Positions 45,106 through 58,073 of a stretch of DNA of 64,000 bases are shown here, one piece after another. This stretch comes from Eledone cirrhosa. Its lineage: Eukaryota. The notes under the pieces are model-generated. The model searched no databases and was not told where the DNA came from. It was given only the letters and a program-made list of their open reading frames with translations. The translations under genes and the position numbers were made by a program. Position 1 is the first letter of the stretch, and each line of letters opens with the position of its first letter. The DNA is taken from the NCBI GenBank assembly GCA_964016885.1, contig OZ024747.1, forward strand, positions 82,956,001 to 83,020,000, in the 5' to 3' direction.

Positions 45106-46415
45106 CACCCAGCAACAGCTTCTTTACATTCTTTTTCTTCTCTTTCTTCTTTTCGTTATTCTCGTTCCTCTCGTTTCTTCTCATCCTCCTTCTTCGTGTT
45201 TTTTTTTTATCATTCTTCTTCTATTTCAAGTTCTTTTTCTTCCTCTCTTTCTTCTTCTTCTCGTTCTTCCCATACTTCTTCTGCCCTTCCTTCTCTTTCT
45301 CCCTCTTCATATTATTTGGCCTGCATTTCTTTAATTTGAACTCTCATTGTATCCCTCCATTGTGCTGACGATGTAACCTTTCTCTGCTGTCATTCTTATT
45401 CGTGCTTTGTAATCTTATGGCTCCTCATGATGTATTTTCTGGAAGAATATTTCGCTTTTTATGGGTTTCTAAAGAGTAAATATCTGGTCATTCTCTAAGA
45501 AAAGATTTTCTTTAGATTCTCATTAATGCCTGAGGATAAGCAATGTTGTTCTCCTAACCTCTTTTTCTTTTACTTTTAGGAGCAATCTATTCAAACCTTG
45601 CTAAAATGGAAACTATCAGAGAATTAAGGAAATTCTATTTATCTATTCACAAGGTTTTCATAGTCTTACTTTTATTTGATTGAGCCACTTCGTGAAATAT
45701 ATACATTTCTTTGAGGAGAAAGATATAGCTTAACAGAAAAAAGTTTGCACATTGTTGTATATGTTACATAAGCCGAATGTTAGCTCGTTATCGCAGCTAA
45801 GTACAACAATAATGTATTATTCATTAGCTATTTATGATGTACAAACATCTTCGTTTTCTTTTTATAAAAAATAGAAATCAACACGCGAAACAAAGCAAAA
45901 TAATATGGTTCGTTTAAAAGTGCTAAAAGTGAATGGAAAAATCCAGTTGATTGGTGTTGAATGAAACATCTTTGATATAGATTGAATAGACTGAGGGTTG
46001 CGGTTTGGCTTGATATAACTAACCAATTCGTTTTAGGGAAATAAAAAGGCAAGGGAAAATTCTGGTGAAAACTCTCTCTAACTCAGCTATTTAACTCTTC
46101 TGTTAATATACTTCTAACGAAATATACTGCCTATGATTTTCAAATAGCTTTAAATGCAATCAAGAAGTGGGAAAGATTTAGTAATATAACTAACTTATTA
46201 TTCAGCTTGAGTTTGGAAAGTTTTTAGAATATAAACACTATATAAACAGTAGAACCAGGGGCGGTTCCATGTGGTTTGGTACCAAAAGGATAAAAGCACA
46301 AAGGAATAACAGCAATGGAAACCCTATTATGCTTGATAAACTAGATATTAAAACTGTGTCATACAATATTGTCATTATATACTCAAATGTCATTATACAC
46401 TTTAGATTTATTATC

Positions 46416-48885
46416 GGAGCGTGACCTAGTGATCTGGGTGTTGGTGTCCACATATATTGGAACGTGGCGTAGTGATCTGGGTGTTGGTGTCCACATATAT
46501 TGGGACGTGGCCTAGTGATCTGGGTGTAGGAGGTCCACATATATTGGAACGTGGCCTAGTGATCAGGGTGTTGGTGTCCACATATATTGGGACGTGGCCT
46601 AGTGATCTGAGTGTAGGAGGTCCACACATATATTGGAACGTGGCCTAGTGATCTAAGTGTAGGAGGTCCACATATATTGGAACGTGGCCTAGTGATCTGA
46701 GTGTAGGAGGTCCACATATATTGGAACGTGGCCTAGTGATCTGAGTGTAGGAGGTCCACATATATTGGAACGTGGCCTAGTGATCTGAGTGTAGGAGGTC
46801 CACATATATTGGAACGTGGCCTAGTGATCTGAGTGTAGGAGGTCCACATATATTGGAACGTGGCCTAGTGATCTGAGTGTAGGAGGTCCACATATATTGG
46901 AACGTGGCCTAGTGATCTGGGTGTAGGAGGTCCACATATATTGGAACGTGGCCTAGTGATCTGAGTGTAGGAGGTCCACATATATTGGAACGTGGCCTAG
47001 TGATCTGGGTGTTGGTGTCCACATATATTGGGACGTGGCCTAGTGATCTGGGTGTAGGAGGTCCACATATATTGGAACGTGGCCTAGTGATCTGGGTGTT
47101 GGTGTCCACATATATTGGAACGTGGCCTAGTGATCTGGGTGTAGGAGGTCCACATATATTGGAACGTGGCCTAGTGATCTGAGTGTAGGAGGTCCACATA
47201 TATTGGAACGTGGCCTAGTGATCTGAGTGTAGGAGGTCCACATATATGGGAACGTGGCCTAGTGATCTGGGTGTTGGTGTCCACATATATTGGGACGTGG
47301 CCTAGTGATCTGGGTGTAGGAGGTCCACATATATTGGAACGTGGCCTAGTGATCTGGGTGTTGGTGTCCACATATATTGGGACGTGGCCTAGTGATCTGG
47401 GTGTAGGAGGTCCACATATATTGGAACGTGGCCTAGTGATCTGGGTGTTGGTGTCCACATATATTGGAACGTGGCCTGGTGATCTGGGTGTTGGTGTCCA
47501 CATATATTGGGACGTGGCCTAGTGATCTGGGTGTAGGAGGTCCACATATATTGGAACGTGGCCTAGTGATCTGGGTGTTGGTGTCCACATATATTGGGAC
47601 GTGGCCTAGTGATCTGGGTGTAGGAGGTCCACATATATTGGAACGTGGCCTAGTGATCTGGGTGTTGGTGTCCACATATATTGGAACGTGGCCTGGTGAT
47701 CTGGGTGTTGGTGTCCACATATATTGGAGCGTGGCCTAGTGATCTGAGTGTAGGAGGTCCACATATATTGGAACGTGGCCTAGTGATCTGAGTGTAGGAG
47801 GTCCACATATATTGGAACGTGGCCTAGTGATCTGAGTGTAGAAGGTCCACATATATTGGAACGTGGCCTAGTGATCTGAGTGTAGGAGGTCCACATATAT
47901 TGGAACGTGGCCTAGTGATCAGGGTGTTGGTGTCCACATATATTGGGACGTGGCCTAGTGATCTGGGTGTTGGTGTCCACATATATTGGAACGTGGCCTA
48001 GTGATCAGGGTGTTGGTGTCCACATATATTGGGACGTGGCCTAGTGATCTGGGTGTTGGTGTCCACATATATTGGAACGTGGCCTAGTGATCTGGGTGTT
48101 GGTGTCCACATATATTGGAACGTGGCCTAGTGATCTGAGTGTAGGAGGTCCACATATATTGGAACGTGGCCTAGTGATCTGAGTGTAGGAGGTCCACATA
48201 TATTGGAACGTGGCCTAGTGATCTGAGTGTAGGAGGTCCACATATATTGGAACGTGGCCTAGTGATCTGAGTGTAGGAGGTCCACATATATTGGGACGTG
48301 GCCTAGTGATCTGAGTGTAGGAGGTCCACATATATTGGAACGTGGCCTAGTGATCTGAGTGTAGGAGGTCCACATATATTGGGACGTGGCCTAGTGATCT
48401 GAGTGTAGGAGGTCCACATATATTGGGACGTGGCCTAGTGATCTGGGTGTTGGTGTCCACATATATTGGAACGTGGCCTAGTGATCTGGGTGTTGGTGTC
48501 CACATATATTGGGACGTGGCCTAGTGATCTGGGTGTTGGTGTCCACATATATTGGGACGTGGCCTAGTGATCTGAGTGTAGGAGGTCCACATATATTGGA
48601 ACGTGGCCTAGTGATCTGAGTGTAGGAGGTCCACATATATTGGAACGTGGCCTAGTGATCTGGGTGTTGGTGTCCACATATATTGGAACGTGGCCTAGTG
48701 ATCTGGGTGTTGGTGTCCACATATATTGGGACGTGGCCTAGTGATCTGGGTGTTTGGACGTCCACATATATTGGGACGTGGCCTAGTGATCTGGGTGTTT
48801 GGACGTCCACATATATGTTCGCGCAGTTGATTCTTGGACTGGGTGATCTGTCATGTTCTTGTGCAAGACACTTGATTTCATGTTG
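46416..48885 (+). repeat. 43/44-bp tandem array (~55 units) continuous with a family-2 SINE body at 48816-48885
   Basis: Unit GG(A/G)ACGTGGCCTAGTGATCTG(A/G)GTG[TAGGAG|TTGGT]GTCCACATATATT. The array runs directly into GTTGATTCTTGGACTGGG...CTTGTGCAAGACACTTGATTTCATGTTG. Confidence 0.92.
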
Positions 48886-50960
48886 TTTTTTGTGATAGGA
48901 TTGGAACTTCTATCGTTAAAACACTCGAGATACCTCCTATGAGATACAACCTCAGACCGGCTAAATTTACATCGATGTGAGCTGTAAATTTCATTTCAAT
49001 TCTGATAAAATCAATTCTCGGTGGTATTAAAATTTTGTTTTTGTAAAATATATTTTGAAAAGATCTTCAATTGTTGACAATCTTATATTTGCCATATTTA
49101 TGTATAGATTCTGTAAATGGAATTGAACTTAATAATGTTGATTTCCTGTAATGTCCAACGGATTCTTACCCACTTGACTACACATCTTCACAATATGTTA
49201 CTTGATAATATATGTATGATGGAGTCTCAGAGACGCTGTTGTGATATACAGTGTCTTGGGCACTTTAAAACTGGCGAGGCCCACCCCCTCGCCCGGATTG
49301 AACACAGCCGATTTCTTCCACAGAGAGAGGGTGTTGGGAAATGAGATAGAGTAAGATTCGATCCCAGTACTGGGGATGGTTTAATCGACTAACCCCTTCC
49401 CAAAAATATCCTGGCCTTATTGTCTATGCTAGAACCGATTATTACTACCATGTAGAGTGCATTCCTCACCTACAATCATTGCTGAATCTATTTTGATTTA
49501 AAATTTTGTCTTTGTATTTCGAAGATTAAAGATACATAACAGGACTCCTATAAAAATTTGGCAACTGTACCAGTTTTGAGTGCTAACAAAAGCAACGAAT
49601 ACATTTTCATGTTTCAGACCTTTAATCTTTCTCTCGGATTTATAAGTATTTCATTATTTCTGCGAATGTATTTTCTTAAATACCTTCTTCATAATCTGGC
49701 TGAAACTATTCTCCTTTTCTCCGACGATTCTCAACAGAAACTAAACTAATTCTTTAGACACAAAGCCAGCAATTTAAAAGGAAGGGGAAAGTCGACTAAA
49801 TGGATCCAAGTACGTTACTAGTGTTTTATTTTATCGACCCCGTAAGGGTGAAAGGCAAAGTTAACTTCTAATGGTTTCAGTTTTAATAAGTATCTCACCA
49901 TTTGTGCAAGTCCACGTCTTTGTTAGAAAAGGAGTATAATTGATCGACCTCAGTATATGTCTGGTATTATTTGTTGTAAACCTTTGTGAATTTTAACTGG
50001 GAAAATATATTTTATTTGGTTAAACATACAGAAAAAGAGAGCAGTATTAGAAAGGACTATAAATGCCATAAATAAGAAGAAAGGGAGAAGAGCAAGGACT
50101 ACTAGACAAAAAAAGAAAGAGAGGGGATGGGGAGAGGGTCAAATTCTACACCTAAGTCTGAGTGGTGTTTCAGCTGCGCCCTGTGGATTTGAACTCAGAA
50201 CGTAAAAAGATCTGGTTCAATATTGATTTACAAGTTATTTAAATACGTCCACTTCTATTGTCCACCCTCTTACAGTAATGGACGAGGCATTTAAAACTCA
50301 TTCCGTCCGTTCTCACCACTCACGGGGATTTACTAAAAAGTATATCTTTTAAAATAGTAGTCCAGAAACTCTGTTTTGAATATGACTTGTGTCATTATAA
50401 AAACATTGTTATATAAAAATAAATGTTTTCTATAAGATTTGAATCGATAATAAAAAATGTAAATTTCGATATTTACGTCACTTCCAGCTCTGTAAATGTA
50501 AGTTATCTAGTTATTACTGTTATCTTTATATCTCCTAGGTTATCATATATATTTTTTAAAGATTTTGAATTCAGAAAACAGAAAAAAAAATCCTTGCCAT
50601 CCGAAGAATCTACACACTTTAATCGAAGTAAATTTTAAAAGCTTAAGAAAATCTCACCTACTGTTGTCATCATTGAGGAAAACCATCTAAATTTGGCGAT
50701 GTTTCATGAAGTGGAGCCAAATTTACAGATAAATATGAATACAACATACAACACATTACAATGAAGACGATTTGAAATTGTCCTTGGGTTATGGTTATAT
50801 CTCGTGAAATAGGGAGAATACAAAAGAGGAAAAATGATGTTATTGTCAAGTTCCATCTGTGTTTTAAACGATTATAATCAAACATAGAACTAACTTATTA
50901 CTGCTAGGATTGAAATGTATGGGTAAATACACTTCCGAGCAATTAGCAATATCGATATTC

Positions 50961-50991
<31 letters not shown>

Positions 50992-51019
50992 CATACATAC
51001 ATATATAAGTCTAAAGTCT

Positions 51020-51285
51020 GTCTTAAGCCAGAAGGCTCATTTGGCCGGTGTTTATCCCGGTTTCATGGCGTGAAGCGATTGAAAGTACAAGACTCCCCCC
51101 TGGACAGGACGCCAGTCCATCGCAGGGTTAAACCTCCAGCTATTGCTGATACTCATTTTCAGCTGAGTAAACTGGAGCAACGTGAAATAAAGTATCTTGC
51201 TCAAGGAAACAATACATTACCCCGTCCGAGAATTGAACTCACAACCTTTCGATTGCAAGCCTACTGCGCTAAACCATGCGCCTTC
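51020..51285 (-). mobile_element. SINE family 2 (tail type 3)
   Basis: - strand GAGTTCAATTC B-box, CCTTGAGCAAGATACTTTATTTCACG, then GCGATGGACTGGCGTCCTGTCCAGGGGGG (resembles the V-SINE domain, from memory). Confidence 0.75.
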
Positions 51286-51518
51286 ACTATATATATATAT
51301 ATATATATAGTTTAAAAAATCACAAAAATACAACAACAATAGTCTTATTAGGCTCACGCTTGAAAAAGAAAAAAAGGAAAGTTCAACGTATCGATCGTTA
51401 GTCCTTCATCGGGAGTAGAGAAATATAAAGATAAGGTTCAGAGAGTAGAGGTAACACAAAGAGGAGCAGATAGAGAGGTATGTGTGTGTTGTATATAATT
51501 ATACTTTGTATGTATGTA

Positions 51519-51873
51519 CAGTGGCGGACTGGCCAGGTTGCCAGGTTGCCCAATGGCAAGTGGACCCTAGGGGGCCCACGGTAGCATTGCAAGAGCCCAC
51601 AGTAGCATTGCAGGGCCTACTATAGTATTTTAGGGGCCAATGCTTTGCTTTAAAAAAATACCTGAAATCTAAAAGAAAGAATAAAATGTTTTAAAAAATA
51701 AATAAGACAATTAAGCAAAGCATTTGGTCAACCAATTTCCCGGGGAACTACTAGAAACCAAAATATATGATAGTGCAAATAGCTGGAATCAGTGGTTGTA
51801 CATTCTACTAAATCTAAAGCTTAGTGTATTCATTCATGCATGCAAACATAGATATATAGACACAGACACACAA

Positions 51874-51927
<54 letters not shown>

Positions 51928-53458
51928 CTTTGATAGGTTTCGGCCAGTATTGGCCCAGGCCGTGTCTAACTTAATAGCACCACCTGGCGAAGTCTTACAA
52001 ATCAGTGTTTGGGAACCATGGCCCACTCGAGCAGAGAGTTATTGTTTACGGAGGCATATCCGGGTGTAGGAGGCTCATCCGGGATTTCTTGAAGGAATTT
52101 ATTCAAAGACTTCTTGAACTTGATGGGGTCTATCTCTGCTTTGATATGTCTTGGTGTAATGTTAAAGAGTGCAGGGCCAATTGAGGTGAAATAATTGTGC
52201 CGTATTGTTGTTATGTGATGCGAGTGGGATTTTTGTCGTGGGCGGATAGCACGGGGCCCAAGCCTTGGGTGTACACTAAAGGTGATGCCAACATCATTTG
52301 GGCTAAGCTGATGGAATATTTTCCACATCATACAGATAATGTAGCGCTCACGGCGACGTTGAAGAGAATAAAGTTTGAGCTTTTCTAATCGACCCCAATA
52401 GTCATGGCCTGACATGCCAACTATCTTTTTTGTAATTGACCTTTGGGGTGCTTCAACTTTCATGATACTTTGTTTCGTGTGGGGTGACCACAGTGGACAA
52501 CAGTATTCAAGGTGGGGTCGGGCAAAAGTGGAGAAGAGAAGGACAACAGTGTGGATATCTCTCGACTGGAAAGTTCTGAGAATCCAGGAACACATTCTGC
52601 GGGCCATATCAACTTTGCTGTTTATATGAGTGGCCCAGCTTATATTGTTGTCCACAATTACTCCCAGGTCTCTGATGTTATTGGAAGCCACTAGAGTTTC
52701 ACCCGAAGGAAGAGAGTATGGTAGTTTCAGGGCATCCTTTTTTTCCAAAGTGGATTAGTTCAAATTTATCCTCATTCAACAGCATATTATTCATCTCTGC
52801 CCATTGGATAACAGCCAGTAGGTCTGACTGAAGGCAAGTCCAGTCACCCACCTCATTGATCACCCTTTGGAGCTTGGAATCATCTGCGAAGATTCTGATG
52901 TTACTGTGTTTGATGATGTCAGTAATGTCATTAATGTAGATGATGAAAAGAAGTGGGACAAACACAGTGCCTTGTGGGACGCCACTGCGGACTTTGGCAG
53001 GGCTTGATTTTACTCCTTCGACTACAACATGCTGGGTTCTGCCTGTCAGGAAACATTTGATCCACTGTAGTAACCTTCCAGAGACACCAACATTGGATAG
53101 TTTTTTCAGTAGGATCTTATGATCAACCCTGTCGAAGGCCTTGCTGAAATCAAGGTAGATGACATCAGTGTTGAAGCCCTCTCCCAAGGCTCTCAAAACA
53201 TCGTCAAAGTGATGCAGGAGCTGCGTTAGGCAGTCCCTTCCATTACGGAACCCATGTTGGTAGGAGTTCAGCAGGCCGTTGCTTTCAAGAAAGTGGGTTA
53301 TTCGTGATCTCACCACCCTCTCAAATACATATTAATAAATATATATATATATTAATATACTTACACACGAACTACTGACCAAATAATATTTGGTATCAAT
53401 GGGTTAAAGACATCTGTCAAATCTCCTGGCAACCAATATTTTTAGACCCAGTCCGCCA

Positions 53459-53461
<3 letters not shown>
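51519..53461. mobile_element. Non-autonomous hAT-like DNA element interrupted by a CR1-group LINE
   Basis: Perfect 14-bp TIR CAGTGGCGGACTGG (51519-51532) / CCAGTCCGCCACTG (53448-53461), with subterminal GGTTGCCAGG / CCTGGCAACC. The 8-bp flanks TGTATGTA and TATATATA are an imperfect TSD. Confidence 0.7.
51927..53328 (-). pseudogene. CR1/L2-group LINE ORF2 (RT plus C-terminus), 5'-truncated, one frameshift near 52740
   Basis: QHGFRNGRDCLTQL, YLDFSKAFDRV, GVPQGTV, FADDSKL, RDLGVIVD, RPHLEYCCPLWSP, LYSLQRRRERY. The 3' end abuts (TA)n. Confidence 0.92.
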
Positions 53462-53499
<38 letters not shown>

Positions 53500-53513
53500 G
53501 CCAATCGCTGTAA

Positions 53514-53882
53514 GCACGGACATCACAACACTTTGTTTTGAAAATTTTGAAAGTAGGTTTATAAGTATGAATTTTCATAAGATTTTCGTAGTTGTCTCTG
53601 TGGCCTAGCACTAGGTTGCGGAGATCGTGGTATTGGGTTCAATCTTGGTCAAGATGTACATGTAACAGTTTTCAGTTTTTATTTTACAACCCATAGAAAA
53701 AAACTGAAAAGGTTTAGCGGGAGCCCTACTCCCGACCAGGATTGAACTTCAGACCAGGATCACCACCATTTATGATTCTTCCAACTAGGCCACTGAGACA
53801 GCTACAAATTTTTAACGAAAATTGATAATTATAAACCTACTTTCAAAATCAAAGTTAAAAAGATGTGCTGTCATCCATGGCT
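53514..53882. mobile_element. Imperfect palindromic element with a tRNA-like segment in each arm
   Basis: ATTTTGAAAGTAGGTTTATAA / TTATAAACCTACTTTCAAAAT; GTCTCTGTGGCCTAG / CTAGGCCACTGAGAC; GTTCAATCTTGGTC / GACCAGGATTGAAC; inner TTTTCAGTTTT / AAAACTGAAAA. Confidence 0.7.
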
Positions 53883-54376
53883 TTCCTAGAGCTATTAGTA
53901 ATATTTAGGGTCGACTTCTGGTCATTATTGAAAGTCTATGGATTTCGCAAAATACATATTTTTTATTGGAGAAGGTAAGATATCTTTCCGCAAAAATTTG
54001 ATTGCTTTGTTTTGTTTCCACTTAAGTGTTTTTCGAAAATATTATTTATTCATTATAAAAATTAAATGATAGCATTCTATATGTAGGTGGGCCCCTTCAT
54101 CTCCTGGCAACCAATTTTTTAGACCCAGTGTTTTTGAAATGGTGCATTAGTTGGTGTGGTAAATAAATATATACATATATACCAGGTCCGAACACAAAGG
54201 AACTAAACTCTCACCGTCGTTGCCTCCATCTCTCCCGCTCTCTCCATCTCACACTATTGTAAGCAAATGAGAGCTCACGCGCTGGCTGCTTCGTGGCCCC
54301 GGTGAACACAGTAGAGAAGGTTTTCCCGGGAGGATGGTGAAGGAATGACGCTGGATAAGCCATTCAGCTCGCCAAT

Positions 54377-56617
54377 GTTGGTGACTGCGGCGTATGTATG
54401 TCTGGGTCTACTAACATCGTATATGTGCGGGGTTGGTCACTGCGTGTATGTATCTGGGTCTACTAGCATCGTATATGTGCGGGGTTGGTCATTGTGTGTA
54501 TGTCTGAGTCTACTAACATCGTATGTGCGTGGTTGGTCATTGTATGTATGTCTGAGTCTACTAACATCGTATATGTGCGTCGTTGGTCATTGTATGTATG
54601 TCTGAGTCTACTAACATCGTATGTGCGTGGTTGGTCATTGTATGTATGTCAGAGTCTACTAACATCGTATGTGCGTGGTTGGTCATTGTGTGTATGTCTG
54701 AGTCTACTAACATCGTATGTGCGTGGTTGGTCATTGTATGTATGTCAGAGTCTACTAACATCGTATATGTGCGTCGTTGGTCATTGTATGTATGTCTGAG
54801 TCTACTAACATCGTATGTGCGTGGTTGGTCATTGTATGTATGTCTGAGTCTACTAACATCGTATATGTGCGTCGTTGGTCATTGTATGTATGTCTGAGTC
54901 TACTAACATCGTATATGTGCGTCGTTGGTCATTGTATGTATGTCTGAGTCTACTAACATCGTATGTGCGTGGTTGGTCATTGTATGTATGTCTGAGTCTA
55001 CTAACATCGTATATGTGCGTGGTTGGTCATTGTATGTATGTCTGAGTCTACTAACATCGTATATGTGCGTGGTTGGTCATTGTATGTATGTCTGAGTCTA
55101 CTAACATCGTATATGTGCGTCGTTGGTCATTGTGTGTATGTCTGAGTCTACTAACATCGTATGTGTGCGTGGTTGGTCATTGTATGTCTGAGTCTACTAA
55201 CATCGTATATGTGCATGGTTGGTCATTGTATGTATGTCTGACTCTACTAACATCGTATGACCGTGGTTGGTCATTGTATGTATGTCTGAGTCTACTAACA
55301 TCGTATGTGCGTGGTTGGTCATTGTATGTATGTCTGAGTCTACTAACATCGTATATGTGCGTGGTTGGTCATTGTATGTATGTCTGAGTCTACTAACATC
55401 GTATATGTGCGTCGTTGGTCATTGTATGTATGTCTGACTCTACTAACATCGTATGTGCGTGGTTGGTCATTGTATGTATGTCTGAGTCTACTAACATCGT
55501 ATATGTGCGTGGTTGGTCATTGTATGTATGTCTGAGTCTACTAACATCGTATATGTGCGTGGTTGGTCATTGTATGTATGTCTGAGTCTACTAACATCGT
55601 ATATGTGCGTCGTTGGTCATTGTATGTATGTCTGAGTCTACTAACATCGTATATGTGCGTCGTTGGTCATTGTATGTATGTCTGAGTCTACTAACATCGT
55701 ATATGTGCGTCGTTGGTCATTGTATGTATGTCTGAGTCTACTAACATCGTATATGTGCGTCGTTGGTCATTGTATGTATGTCTGAGTCTACTAACATCGT
55801 ATATGTGCGTCGTTGGTCATTGTATGTATGTCTGAGTCTACTAACATCGTATATGTGCGTCGTTGGTCATTGTATGTATGTCTGAGTCTACTAACATCGT
55901 ATATGTGCGTGGTTGGTCATTGTATGTATGTCAGAGTCTACTAACATCGTATATGTGCGTCGTTGGTCATTGTATGTATGTCTGAGTCTACTAACATCGT
56001 ATGTGCGTGGTTGGTCATTGTATGTATGTCAGAGTCTACTAACATCGTATATGTGCGTCGTTGGTCATTGTATGTATGTCTGAGTCTACTAACATCGTAT
56101 ATGTGCGTCGTTGGTCATTGTATGTATGTCTGAGTCTACTAACATCGTATGTGCGTGGTTGGTCATTGTATGTATGTCAGAGTCTACTAACATCGTATAT
56201 GTGCGTGGTTGGTCATTGTATGTATGTCTGAGTCTACTAACATCGTATGTGCGTGGTTGGTCATTGTATGTATGTCTGAGTCTACTAACATCGTATATGT
56301 GTGTCGTTGGTCATTGTATGTATGTCTGAGTCTACTAACATCGTATATGTGTGTGGTTGGTCATTGTATGTATGTCTGACTCTACTAACATCGTATATGT
56401 GCGTGGTTGGTCATTGTATGTATGTCTGACTCTACTAACATCGTATGTGCGTGGTTGGTCATTGTATGTATGTCTGAGTCTACTAACATCGTATATGTGC
56501 ATGGTTGGTCATTGTATGTATGTCTGACTCTACTAACATCGTATGTGCGTGGTTGGTCATTGTGTGTATGTCTGAGTCTACTAACATCGTATGTGCGTGG
56601 TTGGTCATTGTGTGTAT
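54377..56617. repeat. 48/50-bp tandem array (GTTGGTCATTGTATGTATGTCTGAGTCTACTAACATCGT[AT]ATGTGCGT(C/G)), ~45 units
   Basis: Read directly. The first two units are diverged and the interior is homogeneous. Confidence 0.95.
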
Positions 56618-56756
56618 CAAATTGAGTTATAAGAGGAATAAAAAAACACAACTTAACTACAAGAGGTGAAATAAATGAAGTGAAAATAAACATAAACATA
56701 TAACGACCGTTATATCGTCATAGTAACGTAAAATATTCGACGCTAAGTGAAAATGA

Positions 56757-56849
<93 letters not shown>

Positions 56850-56959
56850 CGCGTGTGTGCGCGCGTGTGTGTGTGTGCGCGCGCGCGACTATGTGTGTTT
56901 CCACGTGTGTTTATTAGCAAGTGTATTAAAGTTATGTACTGTATGTGTAATGCACTTGA

Positions 56960-57492
56960 ATATGGGAGTGGGAGTCGGTGGTGGTAGGGGTAATGAGACG
57001 ACGAGTTCGTGTTAAGTGAAGGCTACCTGTGGGGACTGAGGGGTGGAATCAGAGGCCAGAAGGTTCTACAAGCGGGGTTGTGAAGCTGTCGTAACGCCTC
57101 CTTTTTTTTGTAGAGGTTAGCACACCACACGACCACAGAACCCCACTGTCGGTCGGTGTAATGGCGGCGTCGTCACGGTCTTGGAGAGAAAGGAGTGCGG
57201 TGATTTCAGCCCAGGATATGTTGCTCCGTTGGGAGCGTTTCTGGGAATTGAATCAATCCACTGCACGATGGAGGGCGTCGACGAACGTGTTTAGGGCACT
57301 GAATTGTCCAAGAGTTGCCGACCAGTGTGATGGTCGACTGTCCAGAACCAACAAGGCGCCAGAGTTGTTCGGAGACAGAGAGCTGCCGTAGAAATAAGCT
57401 TGCGATTTAGTGAGGTGCAGGAACCGTTCAACGTCCATGCGGGTAAGAAATTCGTCGCTGAAAGGCGTGACGAGTATGAAATCTAGACCCCT
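56960..57492 (-). pseudogene. Decayed N-terminal ORF fragment of a second PLE family (Penelope/Neptune-type)
   Basis: RGLDFILVTP...DVERFL...AYF and NISWAEITALLSLQDRDDAAITPTDSG match the PLE 'KGL.F.PTP' and 'NLS..E..AL..L....DI.I.PADKG' motifs. Contains stops and frameshifts. Confidence 0.65.
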
Positions 57493-57496
57493 ATTG

Positions 57497-57710
57497 AGGA
57501 ATGTGGCTGAGTGGTTACAGAATTGGATTCGCAATCGTGAGGTTGTGAGTTTGATTCCCGGACCGGGCGATGCGTTATGTCCTTGAGCAAGACACTTTAT
57601 TTCACGTTGTTCCTTCTACCTGGAGTTGCGACCGATAGATAGTATTAGCAATTGGAAAGACCAATGGAAATATTGTTTCTTCGGTCCGATTTGACGAAAG
57701 TCAATCGTTT
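57497..57710 (+). mobile_element. SINE family 2 (tail type 2)
   Basis: Paralog of 42168-42385. TGGCTGAGTGGTT A-box and GAGTTTGATTCC B-box. Confidence 0.82.
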
Positions 57711-57837
57711 CTTTTTATTGAGAAGTGAGCTTCTGATCCAAATACATATGTGGAAGGGAGAGAGAGATCGACTATGTAGGTATCTGTTTACATTTATGTG
57801 TGTTTACTCAGATATAGGATAAATATTGATACATACT

Positions 57838-57935
<98 letters not shown>

Positions 57936-57981
57936 TAAGTACACACACATGTATGTATGTATATGTATATATATATATATG

Positions 57982-58067
<86 letters not shown>

Positions 58068-58073
<6 letters not shown>

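Noticed and set aside
51378-51418. Hammerhead-like remnant on the - strand (CCGATGA...GATACGTT)
   Set aside because: Both core boxes are mutated. At most a decayed PLE end.
42645-56617. 30-, 43/44- and 48/50-bp arrays (and the 47-bp array) as CRISPR arrays
   Set aside because: Head-to-tail units without unique spacers, no cas genes, eukaryotic context.
57250-57256. In-frame TGA in the PLE fragment as selenocysteine, as in some Naiad PLEs
   Set aside because: Single TGA in a decayed, frameshifted fragment, not at an evident Cys position, and no SECIS seen. A nonsense mutation is simpler.
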